A stretch of DNA of 64,000 nt from positions 69,814,001 through 69,878,000 of the forward strand of contig NC_086097.1 of assembly GCF_963921235.1 (NCBI RefSeq), in the 5' to 3' direction. The notes under the pieces were generated by a model, which saw only the letters and a list, made by a program, of their open reading frames with translations, ran no database searches and was not told where the DNA came from. This DNA is from Mobula hypostoma (lineage: Eukaryota). The first letter of the stretch is position 1; every line of letters begins with the position of its first letter. Shown here in pieces: positions 26,936 through 40,525 of this stretch. The translations under genes were made by a program, and so were the position numbers.

Positions 26936-27472
26936 GAAAGCATTGTTCTAGGGTGCATCACAACCTGGTATGGAAGTTGTCCTGTCCAAGACCGGAAGAA
27001 GCTGCAGAAGATCGTGAACACAGCGCAGCACATCACACAAGCCAATGTTCCGTCCTTGGACTCACTTTACACCGCACGCTGTTGGAGCAGTGCTGCCAGG
27101 ATAATCAAGGACACGACCCACCCAGCCAACACACTTTTCGTCCCTCTTCCCTCCGGGAGAAGGCTCAGGAGCTTGAAGACTCGTACGGCCAGATTTGGGA
27201 ACAGCTTCTTTCCAACTGTGATAAGACTGCTGAACGGATCCTGACCCGGATCTGGGCCGTACCCTCCAAATATCCGGACCTGCATCTCGGGTTTTTTTGT
27301 ACTACCTTACTTTCAATTTTTCTAATTTTTCTATTTATGATTTATAATTTAGATTTTTAATATTTACTATCAATTTGTAATCCAGGGAGCGGGAAACGCA
27401 GAATCAAATATCGCTATGATGATTGTACGTTATAGTTTCAATTATTTGGCGACAATAAAGTATAAAGTAAAG
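26936..27472 (+). mobile_element. Rex1/Babar-like LINE 3' fragment inserted in CR1
   Basis: GCITTWYG..HPAN.LFVPLPSGRRLRS..NSFFP motif; AATAAA plus short-repeat tail; TAGTA duplicated at the flanks. Confidence 0.82.
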
Positions 27473-27795
27473 TAGTATGGCATTTCCCATAGTCGGCCTG
27501 TCAACATGCTGTGACAGGAATCCATCCTGGACATACTTAACAAACTCTGCCCCGTCCAAACCCTTGGAACTAATCAGGTGCCAATCAATGTTAGGGAAGT
27601 TAAAGTCACCCATGATAAACAACCCTGTTATTTTTGTACCTTTCCAAACTCTGCCTCCCAATCTGCTCTCCTGTATCTCTGCTGCTACCTAGGGGCCTAT
27701 AGTATACTCTCAATAGAGTAACTGCTCCCTTCCTGTTCCTGACTTCCACCCATACTGACTCAAAAGAGGATCCTGCTACATTACCCACCCTTTCT

Positions 27796-30700
27796 TTTTA
27801 AATCCTTTTATTGAATAAGTATACAAAAGGTAAGCCATATAGGCACTAATACACTCTTAGAATATAATAAAATTACAGGAGATATTAAAACAGAAAAGAA
27901 ATGATACAATGTAATTTAAACATAAAATAATAAGGTAACATAATAGTATACTAATTTTTATATATATATATATATCAATAGAAAAAGGAAAAAAAAAACC
28001 CAAACCCCCCCCAAAAAAAAAACCACCGTGCAACTAAACTGAAAGCAAAGCAAAGCAATGGGCTAACTTGGAAACAAGTTGAGTTAAAAGACTTAAAATC
28101 ACGTCCTCAAACTCGACCTCCATTAAAAACAGTAGAAAAAAACAAGAAGGGAATATAAATATGGAGCAAAAAGGGGAAGAAAAAAAATTACATTACATGA
28201 AAATATTGAATAAAAGATCTCCAGGTCTGTTCAAATTTAAGTGAGGAATCATAAAGATTGCTTCTAATTTTCTCCAAATTCAAGCATAATATCGTCTGAG
28301 AAAACCAAAAAAAGGTAGATGGAGCATTAAGCTCTTTCCAATGTTGTAAGATACATCTTTTCGCCATTAAAGTAAGAAATGCAATCATTCTACGGGCTGA
28401 AGGAGAAAGATTACTGGAAATTTTAGGTAATCCAAAGATAGCAGTAATAGGGTGAGGAGAGATATCTATATTCAATACCTTTGAGATAATATTAAAAATG
28501 TCTCTCCAAAAAGTTTCCAGAGTAGGACAAGACCAAAACATATGAGTTAAAGAGGCTATCTGCCCCGGACATCTATCACAAAAAGGATTAATATGAGAAT
28601 AAAAACGAGCTAATTTATCTTTGGACATATGTGCTCCATGAACAACTTTAAATTGAATTAGGGAATGTTTAGCACAGATAGAGGAAGTATTGACTAATTG
28701 TAAAATCTGCCCCCAGTCATCCACGGAAATGATAGAGCCCAATTCCTGTTCCCAATCTACCCTAATCTTATCAAATGGAGCTTTCCTAAGTTTCATAATA
28801 ATATTATAAATCATAGCCGATGCACCTGTCTGACATGGATTAAGGTAAATTATAGTATCTAAAATATATGTAGGAGGAAGCATTGGAAAGGAAGAAAGTA
28901 TAGTACTTAGGAAATTTCTAACTTGTAGATATCTAAAAAAATGTATTCTTGATAAATTATATTTATTAGATAATTGTTCAAAAGACATAAGGGAACCATC
29001 TAAAAATAAATCCAAAAACCGTGAAATACCCTTAGTCTTCCAAATTTGAAAAGCACAATCCGTGAAAGAGGGTGGAAAAAATATGTTACCTAAAATAGGA
29101 ATGCTAGCCGAAATTGGTTAAGATCAAAAAATTTTCCGAATTGAAACTAAATACGTAAGGTATATTTAACTATCGGGTTAGAGACCTGTTTGAGGCGTTT
29201 CAAATCAAAAGGAAGAGAGGAACCTAAAATAGAGCCAAGTGTATAGCCCTGAGCAGATTGTAATTCCAATACTACCCATTTAGGAATGGATAGTATATCC
29301 TGGTCAAGTAACCAAAATTTCATATGTCGAATATTAATTGCCCAATAATAGAATCTAAAGTTAGGTAATGCTAAACCTCCATCTCTCTTAGCTTTCTGTA
29401 AATGTATTTTACCCAGTCTCGGGTTTTTATTTTGCCAAATAAATGAAGAAATTTTTGAGTCAACTTTATCAAAAAAAGATTTTGGAACAAAAATCGGTAA
29501 TGCCTGAAATATATATAAAAATTATGGCAGAAAAAACATCTTAACTGCATTAATACGACCAATCAAAGTTAAATATAATGGAAACCATTTAGATGAAAGT
29601 TGAGTAATATGGTCAATTAAGGGTAAAAAGTTAATCTTAAATAAATCTTTGTGTTTACAAGTAATTTTAATCCCAAGATATGAAAAATAATTATTAATCA
29701 ATTTAAACGGAAAGTTGTAATATAAGGGAAGTTGTTTATTAATCGGGAAAAGTTCACTCTTACTGAGATTTAATTTATAACCTGAAAAAAGACTAAATTG
29801 TGCTAATAAATCTAAAACAGCAGGGATGGATTTTTGAGGATTAGAAATATTTAAAAGTAAGTCATCAGCATAAAGTGATATTTTATGGGACTTTAAGCCC
29901 CGAGTTATCCCAGTAATATTTGGAAATTCTCGAATGGCAATTGTAAGAGGTTCTAATGCAATATCAAATAATGAAGGACTAAGAGGACAGCCTTGTCGAA
30001 TACCTCGAAAAAGAGGGAGAAATGGTGAGCTTAAAGAGTTAGTACGGACCGAGGCTACAGGAGAATGATATAACAGTTTGATCCAGGATATAAATTTTGA
30101 GCTAAATTTAAACATTTCAACCACCTTAAATAAGTAAGGCCATTCTACTCTATCAAAAGCTTTCTCAGCATCTAAAGAGATAACACACTCAGGAACATTT
30201 TGTGAGGGGGTATAAACAATATTTAACAGTGTACGTGTGTTATAGAAAGAGTAACGACCTTTAATAAAACCCGTTTGATCTTCCAAAATAATAAAAGGAA
30301 GTACTTTTTCTAATCTGTTTGCTAATAATTTAGAAAAAAAATTTAGAATCAACATTTAATAAAGATGTTGGTCTATAAGATGCACATTGAGCAGGATCTT
30401 TATCCTTCTTTAATATTAGAGAGATTGACGCTCTATTGAAAGATTCGGGAAGTTTACCCAATTTTAATGAAGCCTCGAAAACCCTACAGAACCACGGGAT
30501 TAATGAAGATGCAAAACATTTATTAAATTCTGTGGTAAACCCATCAGGGCCAGGAGCTTTCCCCAGGTTCATAGAGGAAATAACGTTCTTAATCTCATCA
30601 GTGGTAATGGGAGTATCTAGCATAGAAGACATATCCCGTGAAATCTCAGGGAATTCTAGGTTATCTAAAAAATCATTCATATATTTAGAGTCTCAAGAGG

Positions 30701-33677
30701 ACTCTGATTGATATAAGGAAGAATAAAAATCAAAAAAGGTTTGATTAATCCCCGCATGATCAAGTATCAGTCGATCATTTTGATTATAAATCTGATTAAT
30801 TTGAGACTTAGTATAATTAGTTAGCCAACAGTTTGCCAATTTTATCACTGTGTACATAAAATTCACTTCTTGTTTTCTTTAATTGGTTTACAATCGAGGA
30901 CAAAAGTAATAAACTGTGTTCCATTTGAAGTTCAGTTCTTTGTTTATATAACTCCTCAGAGGGAGCTATAACATATTTCTTATCAATTTCCTTAATCTTG
31001 TCCACAATTACCAACTCCTCCTGCTTCAACTTCTTCCTCAAAGCAGCAGAATACGAGATAATCTGACCACGAATATAAGCTTTAAAAGTATCCCAAAGAA
31101 TGTTCACAGAAATATCCTCTGTATAGTTGATTGTAAAAAAAAGATCAATCTGTTCATTCATAAAGTTAACAAAGTCCGAGTCCTGAAGCAGCAGCGAATT
31201 AAAATGCCATTGTCTATTATTTTGTGTATTGGCCTGAATTTTAATAGAAAGCTTAAGTGGAGCATGATCCGAAATGGTTATAGAGTCATAATCACATTTA
31301 ATCACTGAAGAAATAAGACGAGAGTCAATAAAGAAATAATCAATTCTTGAATAAGAATGGTGAACATGTTGAAAAAAAGTAAAATCTTTTTCCTGAGGAT
31401 GCAAAAAACGCCAAATGTCCGTCGACCCAGAATCAGAGAGGAATGAATTAATCAAAGTTGCAGATTTATTAGGTAAGGTCCGTAGAGGAGCCGAACGGTC
31501 CAAAGCTGGAGATAAACAGGTATTAAGATCTCCGCCCCAGATCAATGAAAACTCATTCAAATTCGGGAACTGGTTGAATAATGATTTATAAAATTCCGGA
31601 CAGTCCATATTGGGAGCATAAACATTAACCAAAACTACCTTTTTATTAAATAGTAGACCACTAACCAGTAGAAATCTACCATTCGGATCAGAGATAATAT
31701 CATGTTGTATAAAAGTAACTGAGGAGTCTATAAAAATAGAGATGCCTCGAATCTTAGCGTTAGAGTTCGAATGAAACTGTTGTTCCTTCCAGAATTTAAA
31801 AAAGTGTAGTCTGTCCCCCCTCTGCACATGGGTCTCTTGTAAAAATAGAATTTGTGCTTTAAGTCTCTGGAACACTTTAAAAACTTTTTTGCTTTTAATA
31901 GGATGGTTAAGACCATTAGTATTCCAGGAGCCAAAATTAATAATAGACTCCATAAACCCTAAAGTCAACCCGCAAAAAGGAGGATTGACGATAGGCTCGA
32001 CCCACGAACCCGGAAAGGGAACAGAACAAGCAAGAGATACCGGGAAGGAGAACGTAACCAATACTTCAATAGTGTAAATAGCCCAAGAAGAAAAAAACTA
32101 AAATGTGAAGCCCCTCCCACCACCTCCCACCCTATGACCTCAAGGCTAAATCTAATACAGACCAGCCGAAAAGAAGCAAGCACTAAAACTACCCCCATGA
32201 CTTCCGATAGACGCTCACTAAAAAAAAGTGTAAATATAAAAAAGATCAGCAAATTATAAAACAGTAAAAGAATAAAATAAAGTAAATCAATTAAAACAAA
32301 CACTTAATATAACAGAGAAAAAGCCAGAAAATATAAAAAAATCAGCAACAAACCCCAGACCCTATGAATAAACAAAAAAAAAGAAATGAAATTATTAACA
32401 TAAACTAGTTATAAAGACCTACAAAAAAAGTAGATTTAAAAACTACAAAATTTAAGGCCTCAAAGGAAATACGTAGAATGACGCTGAGGAAATAACCACC
32501 CAAAATCCCCTGGGAAAAAGAAAGGAATGCCGCAGATAGAAGGAAAGTTTAGCAACCATATTAATTAATCAAAAATAAACTTTTCTGCCCATATAAGGCA
32601 AAAATAATTAAGGCTGACAGATTCACAACCTCCGATCAAATGGAGATAGTTAAAAATTACAATTAGATGTTGAAGGTGAAAATTGATCCAGATAACTCTG
32701 GGCATCCGATGGAGATTCAAAAAAACGGAGGGCTCCGTCAGGCGTACGAATCCTTAGACGTGCTGGGTAAAGCAGCGCTGGTTTTAAATCCATCTTGTAG
32801 AGTTCCGACATCACAGATCTGTAATGAACCCGTTGATCCCGAATTGGTTTACTGAAATCCTCCACGAATCGGAAATTAAGATCTGAAAAATCAATGTAAC
32901 CTTTAGATCGAACGAATCGAAACAGTTTCTCCTTGTCTTGAAAGTAATGAAAACATAAGATGACATGTCGAGGTTTATCTGACTTAGACGAGTATGATGG
33001 AACTCTGTGAACACGATCCAATAACGGTGGTTGGTCAGGAAATACAGTAGGAAATGCATCTTTTAAAAGTTGAGAAAAAAACTTCACAGGGTTGTCAGAT
33101 TCCACAGCTTCACGCACACCAATCATTCGAAGATTCTGCCGTCGCATTCTGGATTCTAAGTCAGAGTTTTTAAAGGTCAGAAAGTCAAATTTTTTCTTCA
33201 TTATAGTAATTGTTTCTTCAATTTTCGCCATCTTGAGTTCATTTTGTTGCGTGGATTTTTGAAGATTAGATATAGCCGACTGATGTTCCGTAATAGATAA
33301 TTGTATTTTATCGATTGAATTGGCAATTTGCTGGAAATTAATTGAAATTTCTGAACGAATCAGTTCCGTAATAGAGGTTGAAATTTCCCTTTGAATTAGA
33401 TCCGATATAGCTTTCAAAGTCACCGGTGGTTCAGTCGGAGGAAGATCGGTACCTTTCGGTCTAACCGGAGGTTTGCCGTCTTTCCCATTTTTTCCATTCT
33501 TAGACATGGCAGACCTTAAAAACATCCGATTATCGAAGGGCCCAATTTGTTTAAAGTATTGTAAAAGTCGATGCCTTAATGGTTAGTTAAAATATAGCTG
33601 ATCATCAGAAAAAAAACTCAGAGGTAATGCAGCGAGTCAAGAACACAACTTCACTCCATGAGCTCTACTGGAAGTCC
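27796..33677 (-). mobile_element. Full-length L1-clade LINE (L1-b) inserted in the CR1 endonuclease domain
   Basis: Open ORF1 at 33507-32650. ORF2 31953-28188 has stops and frameshifts (APE, YADD RT, CCHC knuckle). 17-bp TSD CATTACCCACCCTTTCT at 27779-27795 / 33678-33694. Confidence 0.94.
32650..33507 (-). CDS. L1 ORF1p-like RNA-binding protein (open reading frame)
   Basis: Uninterrupted ORF with coiled coil, LESRMRRQNLR, DRVHR and LLYPARLRI motifs. Confidence 0.8.
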   Translation of the reverse strand: MSKNGKNGKDGKPPVRPKGTDLPPTEPPVTLKAISDLIQREISTSITELIRSEISINFQQIANSIDKIQLSITEHQSAISNLQKSTQQNELKMAKIEETITIMKKKFDFLTFKNSDLESRMRRQNLRMIGVREAVESDNPVKFFSQLLKDAFPTVFPDQPPLLDRVHRVPSYSSKSDKPRHVILCFHYFQDKEKLFRFVRSKGYIDFSDLNFRFVEDFSKPIRDQRVHYRSVMSELYKMDLKPALLYPARLRIRTPDGALRFFESPSDAQSYLDQFSPSTSNCNF

Positions 33678-35529
33678 CATTACCCACCCTTTCTGTGTCT
33701 GTAATATTATCCCTGACCAGTAATGCCACCCCTTTTCCCCCCTCTCTATCCTTTTTAAAGCACTGAATTCCAGGAATATTGAGAATCCATTCCTGCCCTG
33801 GTGCCAGCCAAGTCTCTGTAATGGCCACTACATCATAATTCCGTGTCTGTATCCAAGCTCTCAGTTCATCACCTTTGTTCCTGATGCTTTTTACATTAAG
33901 GTACATGCACTTCAGCCCTTCTACCTTCCTACCTTTACGCCCCTTTATTCTGCTTCTCTTTCCTCAACGCCTCTCTATATGTTAGATCTGGCTTTACTCC
34001 ATGCACTTCTTTCACTGCTCTATCGCTCCAGATCCCATCCGCCTTGCAAATTAGTTTAGACCCTCCCGAACCACGCTAGCAAACCTACCTGCAAGGATAT
34101 TGCTCTCTCTCGAGTTTAGGTGCAACCCATCCAATCTGCACAGGTCCCACCTTCCCCAGAAGAGATCCCAATGATCCAAAAATCTAAAACCCTGCCCCCT
34201 GCACCAACTCCTCAGCCACACATTCAACTGCCATCTCCTCCAATTCTTACCATCACTATCACGCAGCACTGGCAGCAATGCTGAGAACGCCACCCTTGAG
34301 GTCCTGTTCTTCAGCCTTCTGCCTAGTTCCCGAAACTCACACTTCAGTACCTCATCCCTCTTCCTGCCTATGTCGTTGGTGCCAACACGTATCACGACTT
34401 CTGGTTGCTTTTCCTCTCATACCAGGATGTCGTGCACACGGTCAGAGAAATCCCGGACCCTGGCACCTGGGAGGCAACAAGCCATGCGGGTGTCCTTCTC
34501 ACATCCACAAACTCTTCTGTCTGCTCCCCTGACTGTAGAGTCTCCAATGACAACAGCTCTCCTCTTCTCCGTCCCTTCATTCTGCACCACAGGGTCAGAC
34601 TCAGTGCCAGAGGCCCTGCCACCGTGGCTCACACCTGGTCGGTTGTCCCCGCCAACAGTATCCAGGATGGTAAACTTATTATTCAGGGGAATGGCTACAG
34701 TGGTGCACTGCACTACCTGTCTACTCACCTTCGCTTTCCCCCCTCTGACTGTCACCCAACGACCTGCTTCTGGCAGCCTAGGTGTGACTACCTCCCTGTA
34801 ACTCTCATCTATGACTGCCTCATTCTCCCTTACGAGTTGAAGGTCATCCAGCTGCTGCTCCAGATTCCTTACATGGTCTTCCAGATCGCCCAGCCACATG
34901 CACTTCTGGCAGATGTAACTGTGCAGGAGAGGAGAGTTCCCCCAAGACTGCCACATCTCACATGAGAGGCACATCACCATCTCAGGAGGCATTGTAAAGC
35001 CTAACTGGGAACAAGTTCGTCCTCTGCCTCTTTTTGTCAAAGTCTCTCGGGTCAAAAGAAGTGAAAGCCTACATAAAAGCCAAAGAGAGGGCGTATAATA
35101 GAACAAAATTTAGTGGGATGTTAGAGAATTAGGAAGCTTTTAAAAACCAACAGAAGGCAACTAGATTTCGGAATGGTTCCAGGAGACTAGAAAATCACTA
35201 ATGTCACTTCATTCTTCAGGAAGGGAGAGAGACAGAAGAAAGGAAACCATAGACCTGTTAGTCTGACCTCAGTGTTTTGGAAGATTACTGAGGACGTGGT
35301 TTTGAGGTACTCAGAGGCACATGATAAAATAAGCCACGGTCAGCATTGTTTCTCAAGGGAAAATCTTGCGTGATAAATCTGTTCGAATTCTTTGAAGAAA
35401 TAGCAAGTCAGATAAACGAAGGAGAAACGGTTGACCTGAGGGTTTAAACACAGAGTGTGCCTCCTCTACCAGGATAAGAAAGGTGAAGACAGGTTTCATT
35501 GGGGCTCCCAAAGAAACATCTTTCCTTTG

Positions 35530-36420
35530 GGGAAAAAAAAGATAGGTCGGGCAGTCAGTGAGGATCAGAAATAACATCTCCTCCTTGACATTCAGCACAG
35601 GGTGCACCTCAAGGATCTAGACTTAGCCCACTGCTCTACTCTGTCTAAACACATGACTGTATGGCTATACACAACTCAATTGCCATCTGTAAATTCGACA
35701 ATGACACCTCTGTTTTTGGCAGAATCTCAGATGTTGACAAAGACGTGCATGAGAGTGAGAGGGATCTGCTGATTGAGTGGTGTCACAACAACCTTGCACT
35801 CAATGTTAGTAAGAACAAGGAAATTATTGTGAACTTCTGGATGGAGAAGTTGGGAGAACACACACCAGTTCTCATTGAGGGGTTACCAATGGAAAGGGTG
35901 AGCAAGTTCCTGGGCATCAACATCTCGGCAGGTCTATGCTGGGCCCAACATATTGATGCAGTTATGAAGAAGGCATGCCTGGTATTTCGCCAAAGACTAA
36001 CAGATTTCTACAGAGTATTCTAACTAGTTGCATCACTCTCTGGTGTGATCCTGCACAGGATCAGAAAAAGCTGCAGAGGTTTGCAAACTCAGCCAGCTCC
36101 ATCATGGACACGAGCCTCCCCAGCATTGAGGGCATCTTCAAAAGGTGGTGCCTTTAAGAAGGCGACATCCATCATTGAAGGCCATCACCATCCAGGACAT
36201 GCCCTCTTCTCTCAACTACCATTAGGAAGCGGGTACCGGAGCTTAAAGAAGCGCACTCAGTGTTTCAAGAGCACCTTCTTTCCCTCTGTCATCAGATTTC
36301 TGACCAGTCCATGAATCCATGAAGATGGTCTCACTACTTAGCTCTCTTTTTGCATTATTTTATATTTCTTATTGTAACTGCTGTTAGCTTTTATATATTG
36401 CACTGTACCTTGCAGTTAAA
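35530..36420 (+). mobile_element. Degenerate Rex1/Babar-like LINE (RT C-terminal half and 3' UTR)
   Basis: KFDNDT, WCHNNLALNVSKNKE, KFLGINI and HPGHALFSQLP motifs. Confidence 0.75.
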
Positions 36421-36849
36421 GAACAGGATAGACTTGAAGCACATTTGCTGTCATACTGAATGCTGAGGTAAATTTTTGAAACACATTTGTATTCTGAAAC
36501 ACCCTACAACCACTAGGATCCTAAACTAGCATGGATAATTTCACTGCACAACTCTTGAACTGATTCTACCGACTTTCAAAGGCTCTTGTAGTAATGTTCT
36601 CTGTTTTTTTTTTCATTTGCTCAGTTTGTCTTTTGTATATTGGTTGTTCAATAACTGTTTATGTATAGCTTTTTGTAAATTCTATTGTGTTTATGTTTCC
36701 TGTAAATATCTGCAAGAAGATGAATCTTGGGGTCCCACTATAACAGACTCCACATTCCAGGGATTGTGCATATGTACTTTGATAACAAGTTTACTTCGAA
36801 CTTTGATATTTGAGTATTGTTGTTTTTGTGTTTTCTCTTGCTAGATGGA

Positions 36850-38180
36850 AACAGAATGAAACACATGTTATAACCAATCAAATCTGTTGTTTTGCTTGGG
36901 AGGAAAAGGTTGAGCACACAAATGTGGGAAAGGAAACAGATGCATTTGAGAGCGTTGTCTTCATTTCCTCCTGCCCCACTTCCCCAAGTTTGCCATGCCA
37001 TTCTCTTAGTTTCTCCATATTAGTCGCATCTGTTCTGGTAAGGCCACCTTCCTGGTGTGCTTATGATACATTTTCCTTTTTCTTCAGCTGTATTCCCCCT
37101 ACGTCATAACTGATAGGTCTCAACCATTTCCTGCACTTCAATTATTACTACTTTCCATATATGGGTAGGATTACCCTTGTTCTCAGCTCCCACTATTACA
37201 GATTCCACATCCCACATCCCAGGGATTGTATTCCATGATTTCTACATCCTTTCGTGTGAAAATGCAAGCAGATGCATCTTCCCTCTTCTCTCTTTTATGT
37301 ATTCCAAAAGTAGTGCTCTGGTCACCTTTTCCACTAAAGAGACCAACGTTGTCCAAACGATGTTACTGTTTTCAGTACTGTCTGAGAGAACAAATTAATG
37401 TGCTAATCATGCTTGGTCGATCTGGAAGTGTACAAATGGAGGGAAATGAATGAGGGCAAAAGTGAATGAAGAAATAGAGGATGCCAGCTGGCGGCTGTGA
37501 AGAGAGAAAAGCCTAAGAAATATTTTGGTAGATGTCCTTGCATCAGAAGTAGCTAATCCTGTCACAAGCAGACTCTTTATTGAAATTATATAATTCATTA
37601 TTGAGTCCTGTAAGCTGCACTGTACCTAGATGGAAGATGTGGTACTGTTTTATAAGTTTATGTTGGACTTCATTAAACATTGTAGAAGGACAAGGTCAGA
37701 GTGTGATGGAGAATTAGAGTGGCAGGAGGCTGGAAGCTCATGGTAACTTTTGCAGACTTCAATCGAGTTGCATTGTTGAGGTGTTACTCAATCTGCATTT
37801 GGTTTCTTCATACTAGAGGAAACCATATCATGAAATCCCAATGCAAGGTATTGGGGAAAAAGTGCAAAATGAATTACTGTTCACCTGGAAGGGCCATTAG
37901 TTTTTCTTGAGATGGGACAGGATAAAATATAATGTTAAGTGTTACATCTCTTGTAGTTCTCTGCATCTCCAGATCTTCACCTTGCTATAAATCTTGCCTT
38001 CTACTCCTGACTTTCTCTGCAATTTAGAACTTCTCTCATTCCATTTTATTCCAGTTCTGATGAAAGTACAGTGACCTGAAGCTTTCAATCTCTTTCTATC
38101 CTCACTGATGATACTTGATTGTTAATTATTTCCAGCACTTTTTGTTTAATTTAGGACTTAAGATGTGCAGTATTTTGCCA
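36850..38180. mobile_element. Highly decayed Penelope-like remnants with a degenerate hammerhead end
   Basis: Weak similarity to the PLE body ('gggtaggattacccttgttctc'). 38052-38170 reads 'cagtt-ctgatga-aagtacagtgacct-gaagc...tttccagcac'. Confidence 0.35.
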
Positions 38181-38399
38181 TTTCTCTGGGAGTGTGGCTA
38201 GTTTTGAAGCACTAGCAATACATATGGGATGTTGCTTTGCTCTGTCACCTTTTCTGTATTCTGTATAGTTTGCTGTTTCTTGATAAAAATGTAAAATGAA
38301 GCAAATTACAGGAATTCTGCAGATGCTGGAATTTCAAGCAACACACATAAAAGTTGCTGGTGAACGCAGCAGGCCAGGCAGCATCTCTAGGAAGAGGTG

Positions 38400-38437
38400 C
38401 AGTCGACGTTTCAGGCCGAGACCCTTCGTCAGGACTA
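38400..38437 (-). ncRNA. Minimal type I hammerhead ribozyme motif in the PLE 3' pLTR
   Basis: Intact CUGACGA / GAAAC / GUC core with stems I and II. Confidence 0.78.
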
Positions 38438-40525
38438 ACTGAAGGAAGAGTGAGTAAGGGATTTGAAAGTTGGAGGGGGAAGGGGGAGATCCAAAATGAT
38501 AGGAGAAGACAGGAGGGGGGAGGGATGGAGCCAAGAGCTGGACAGGTGATAGACAAAAGGGATACGAGAGGATCATGGGACAGGAGGTCCGGGAAGAAAG
38601 ACGGGGGGGGGGGTGGACCCAGAGGATGGGCAAGGGGTATATTCAGAGGGACAGGGGGAGAAAAAGGAGAGTGAGAGAAAGAATGTGTGAATAAAAATAA
38701 GTAACAGATGGGGTACCAGGGGGAGGTGGGGCATTAGCGGAAGTTAGAGAAGTCGATGTTCATGCCATTAGGTTGGAGGCTACCCGGACGGAATATAAGG
38801 TGTTGTTCCTCCAACCTGAGTGTGGCTTCATCTTTACAGTAGAGGAGGCCGTGGATAGACATGTCAGAATGGGAATGGGATGTGGAATTAAAATGTGTGG
38901 CCACTGGGAGATCCTGCCTTCCCCGGCGGACAGAGCGCAGGTGTTCAACAAAGTGGTCTCCCAGTCTGCGTCGGGTCTCGCCAATATATAAAAGGCCACA
39001 TCGGAAGCACCGGACGCAGTATATCACCCCAGTCGACTCACAGTTGAAGTGTTGCCTCATCTGGAAGGACTGTTTGGGGCCCTGAATGGTGGTAAGGGAG
39101 GAAGTGTAAGGGCATGTGTAGCACTTGTTCCACTTACACGGATAAGTGCCAGGAGGGTGATCAGTGGGGAGGGATGGGGGGGACGAATGGACAAGGGAGT
39201 CACGTAGGGACCGATCCCTGCGGAATGCGGGGGGGGGGGGCGGGAGGGAAAGATGTGCTTAGTGGTGGGATCCCGTTGGAGGTGGCGGAAGTTACGGAGA
39301 ATAATATGTTGGACCCAGAGGTTGGTGGGGTGGTAGGTGAGGACCAGGGGAACCCTATTCCTAGTGGGGTGGCGGGAGGATGGAGTGAGAGCAGATGTAC
39401 GTGAAATGGGGGAGATGCGTTTAAGAGTAGAGTTGATAGTGGAGGAAGGGAAGCCCCTTTCTTTAAAAAAGGAAGACATCTCCCTCGTCCTAGAATGAAA
39501 AGCCTCATCCTGAGAGCAGATGCGGCGGAGACGGAGGAATTGCGAGAAGGGGATGGCATTTTTGCAAGAGACAGGGTGAGAAGAGGAATAGTCCAGATAG
39601 CTGTGAGAGTCAGTAGGCTTATAGTAGACATCAGTGGATAAGCTGTCTCCAGAGACAGAAAGATCTAGAAAGGGGAGGGAGGTGTCGGAAATGGACCAGG
39701 TAAACTTGAGGGCAGGGTGAAAGTTGGAGGCAAAGTTAATAAAGTCAACGAGCTCTGCATGCGTGCAGGAAGCAGTGCCAATGCAGTCGTCGATGTAGCG
39801 AAGGAAAAGTGGGGGACATACCAGAATAAGATACCGGAACAAGTGCTACACATGCCCTTACACTTCCTCCCTTACCACCATTCAGGGCCCCAAACAGTCC
39901 TTCCAGGTGAGGCAACACTTCGCCTGTGAGTTGGCTGGGGTGATATACTGCGTCCAGTGCTCCCGATGTGGCCTCTTATATATTGGCGAGACCTGACGCA
40001 GACTGGGAGACGGCTTTGCTGGACGCCTACGCTCTGTCCGCCAGAGAAAGCAGGATCTCCCAGTTGCCACACATTTTAATTCCACATCCCATTCCCATTC
40101 TGACATGTCTATCCACGGCCTCCTCTACTGTAAAGATGAAGCCACACTCAGGTTGGAGGAACAACACCTTATATTCCGTCTGGGTAGCCTCCAACCTGAT
40201 GGCATGAACATCAACTTCTCTAACTTCCGCTAATGCCCCACCACCCCCTCGTACCCCATCTGTTACTTATTTTTATACACACATTCTTTCTCTCACTCTC
40301 CTTTTTCTCCCTCTGTCCCTCTGAATATACCCCTTGCCCATCCTCTGGGTTCCCCCCCCCCCGTCTTTCTTCCCGGACCTCCTGTCCCATGATCCTCTCG
40401 TATCCCTTTTGCCTATCACCTGTCCAGTTCTTGGCTCCATCCCTCCCCCTCCTGTCTTCTCCTATCATTTTGGATCTCCCCCTCCCCCTCCAACTTTCAA
40501 ATCCCTTACTCACTCTTCCTTCAGT

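Larger units (their letters stand above)
24312..35052 (-). mobile_element. Near full-length CR1 LINE nested in the outer CR1, itself interrupted three times
   Basis: ORF1 from 34992 (CLSC..CQKC zinc finger plus SGNH esterase GDS/GTND/DGLH); ORF2 EN 33906 to about 26630; RT 26734-25496 (QGSVLGP, FADD); 3' tail of (TTCTATG)-like repeats. Confidence 0.9.
19850..35410 (+). mobile_element. Outer CR1 LINE, fragmented by nested insertions
   Basis: ORF1 SGNH-esterase pieces (VHIGTNDIG) at about 20640-21510; EN pieces at about 21660-24311; the sequence resumes at about 35053 with RT N-terminal motifs (RPVSLTS, QH.F..GKSC). Confidence 0.8.

Noticed and set aside
38245..38674. ORFs over the PLE 3' UTR and their mirrors at 40220-40625
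   Set aside because: Incidental frames in low-complexity inverted-repeat sequence.
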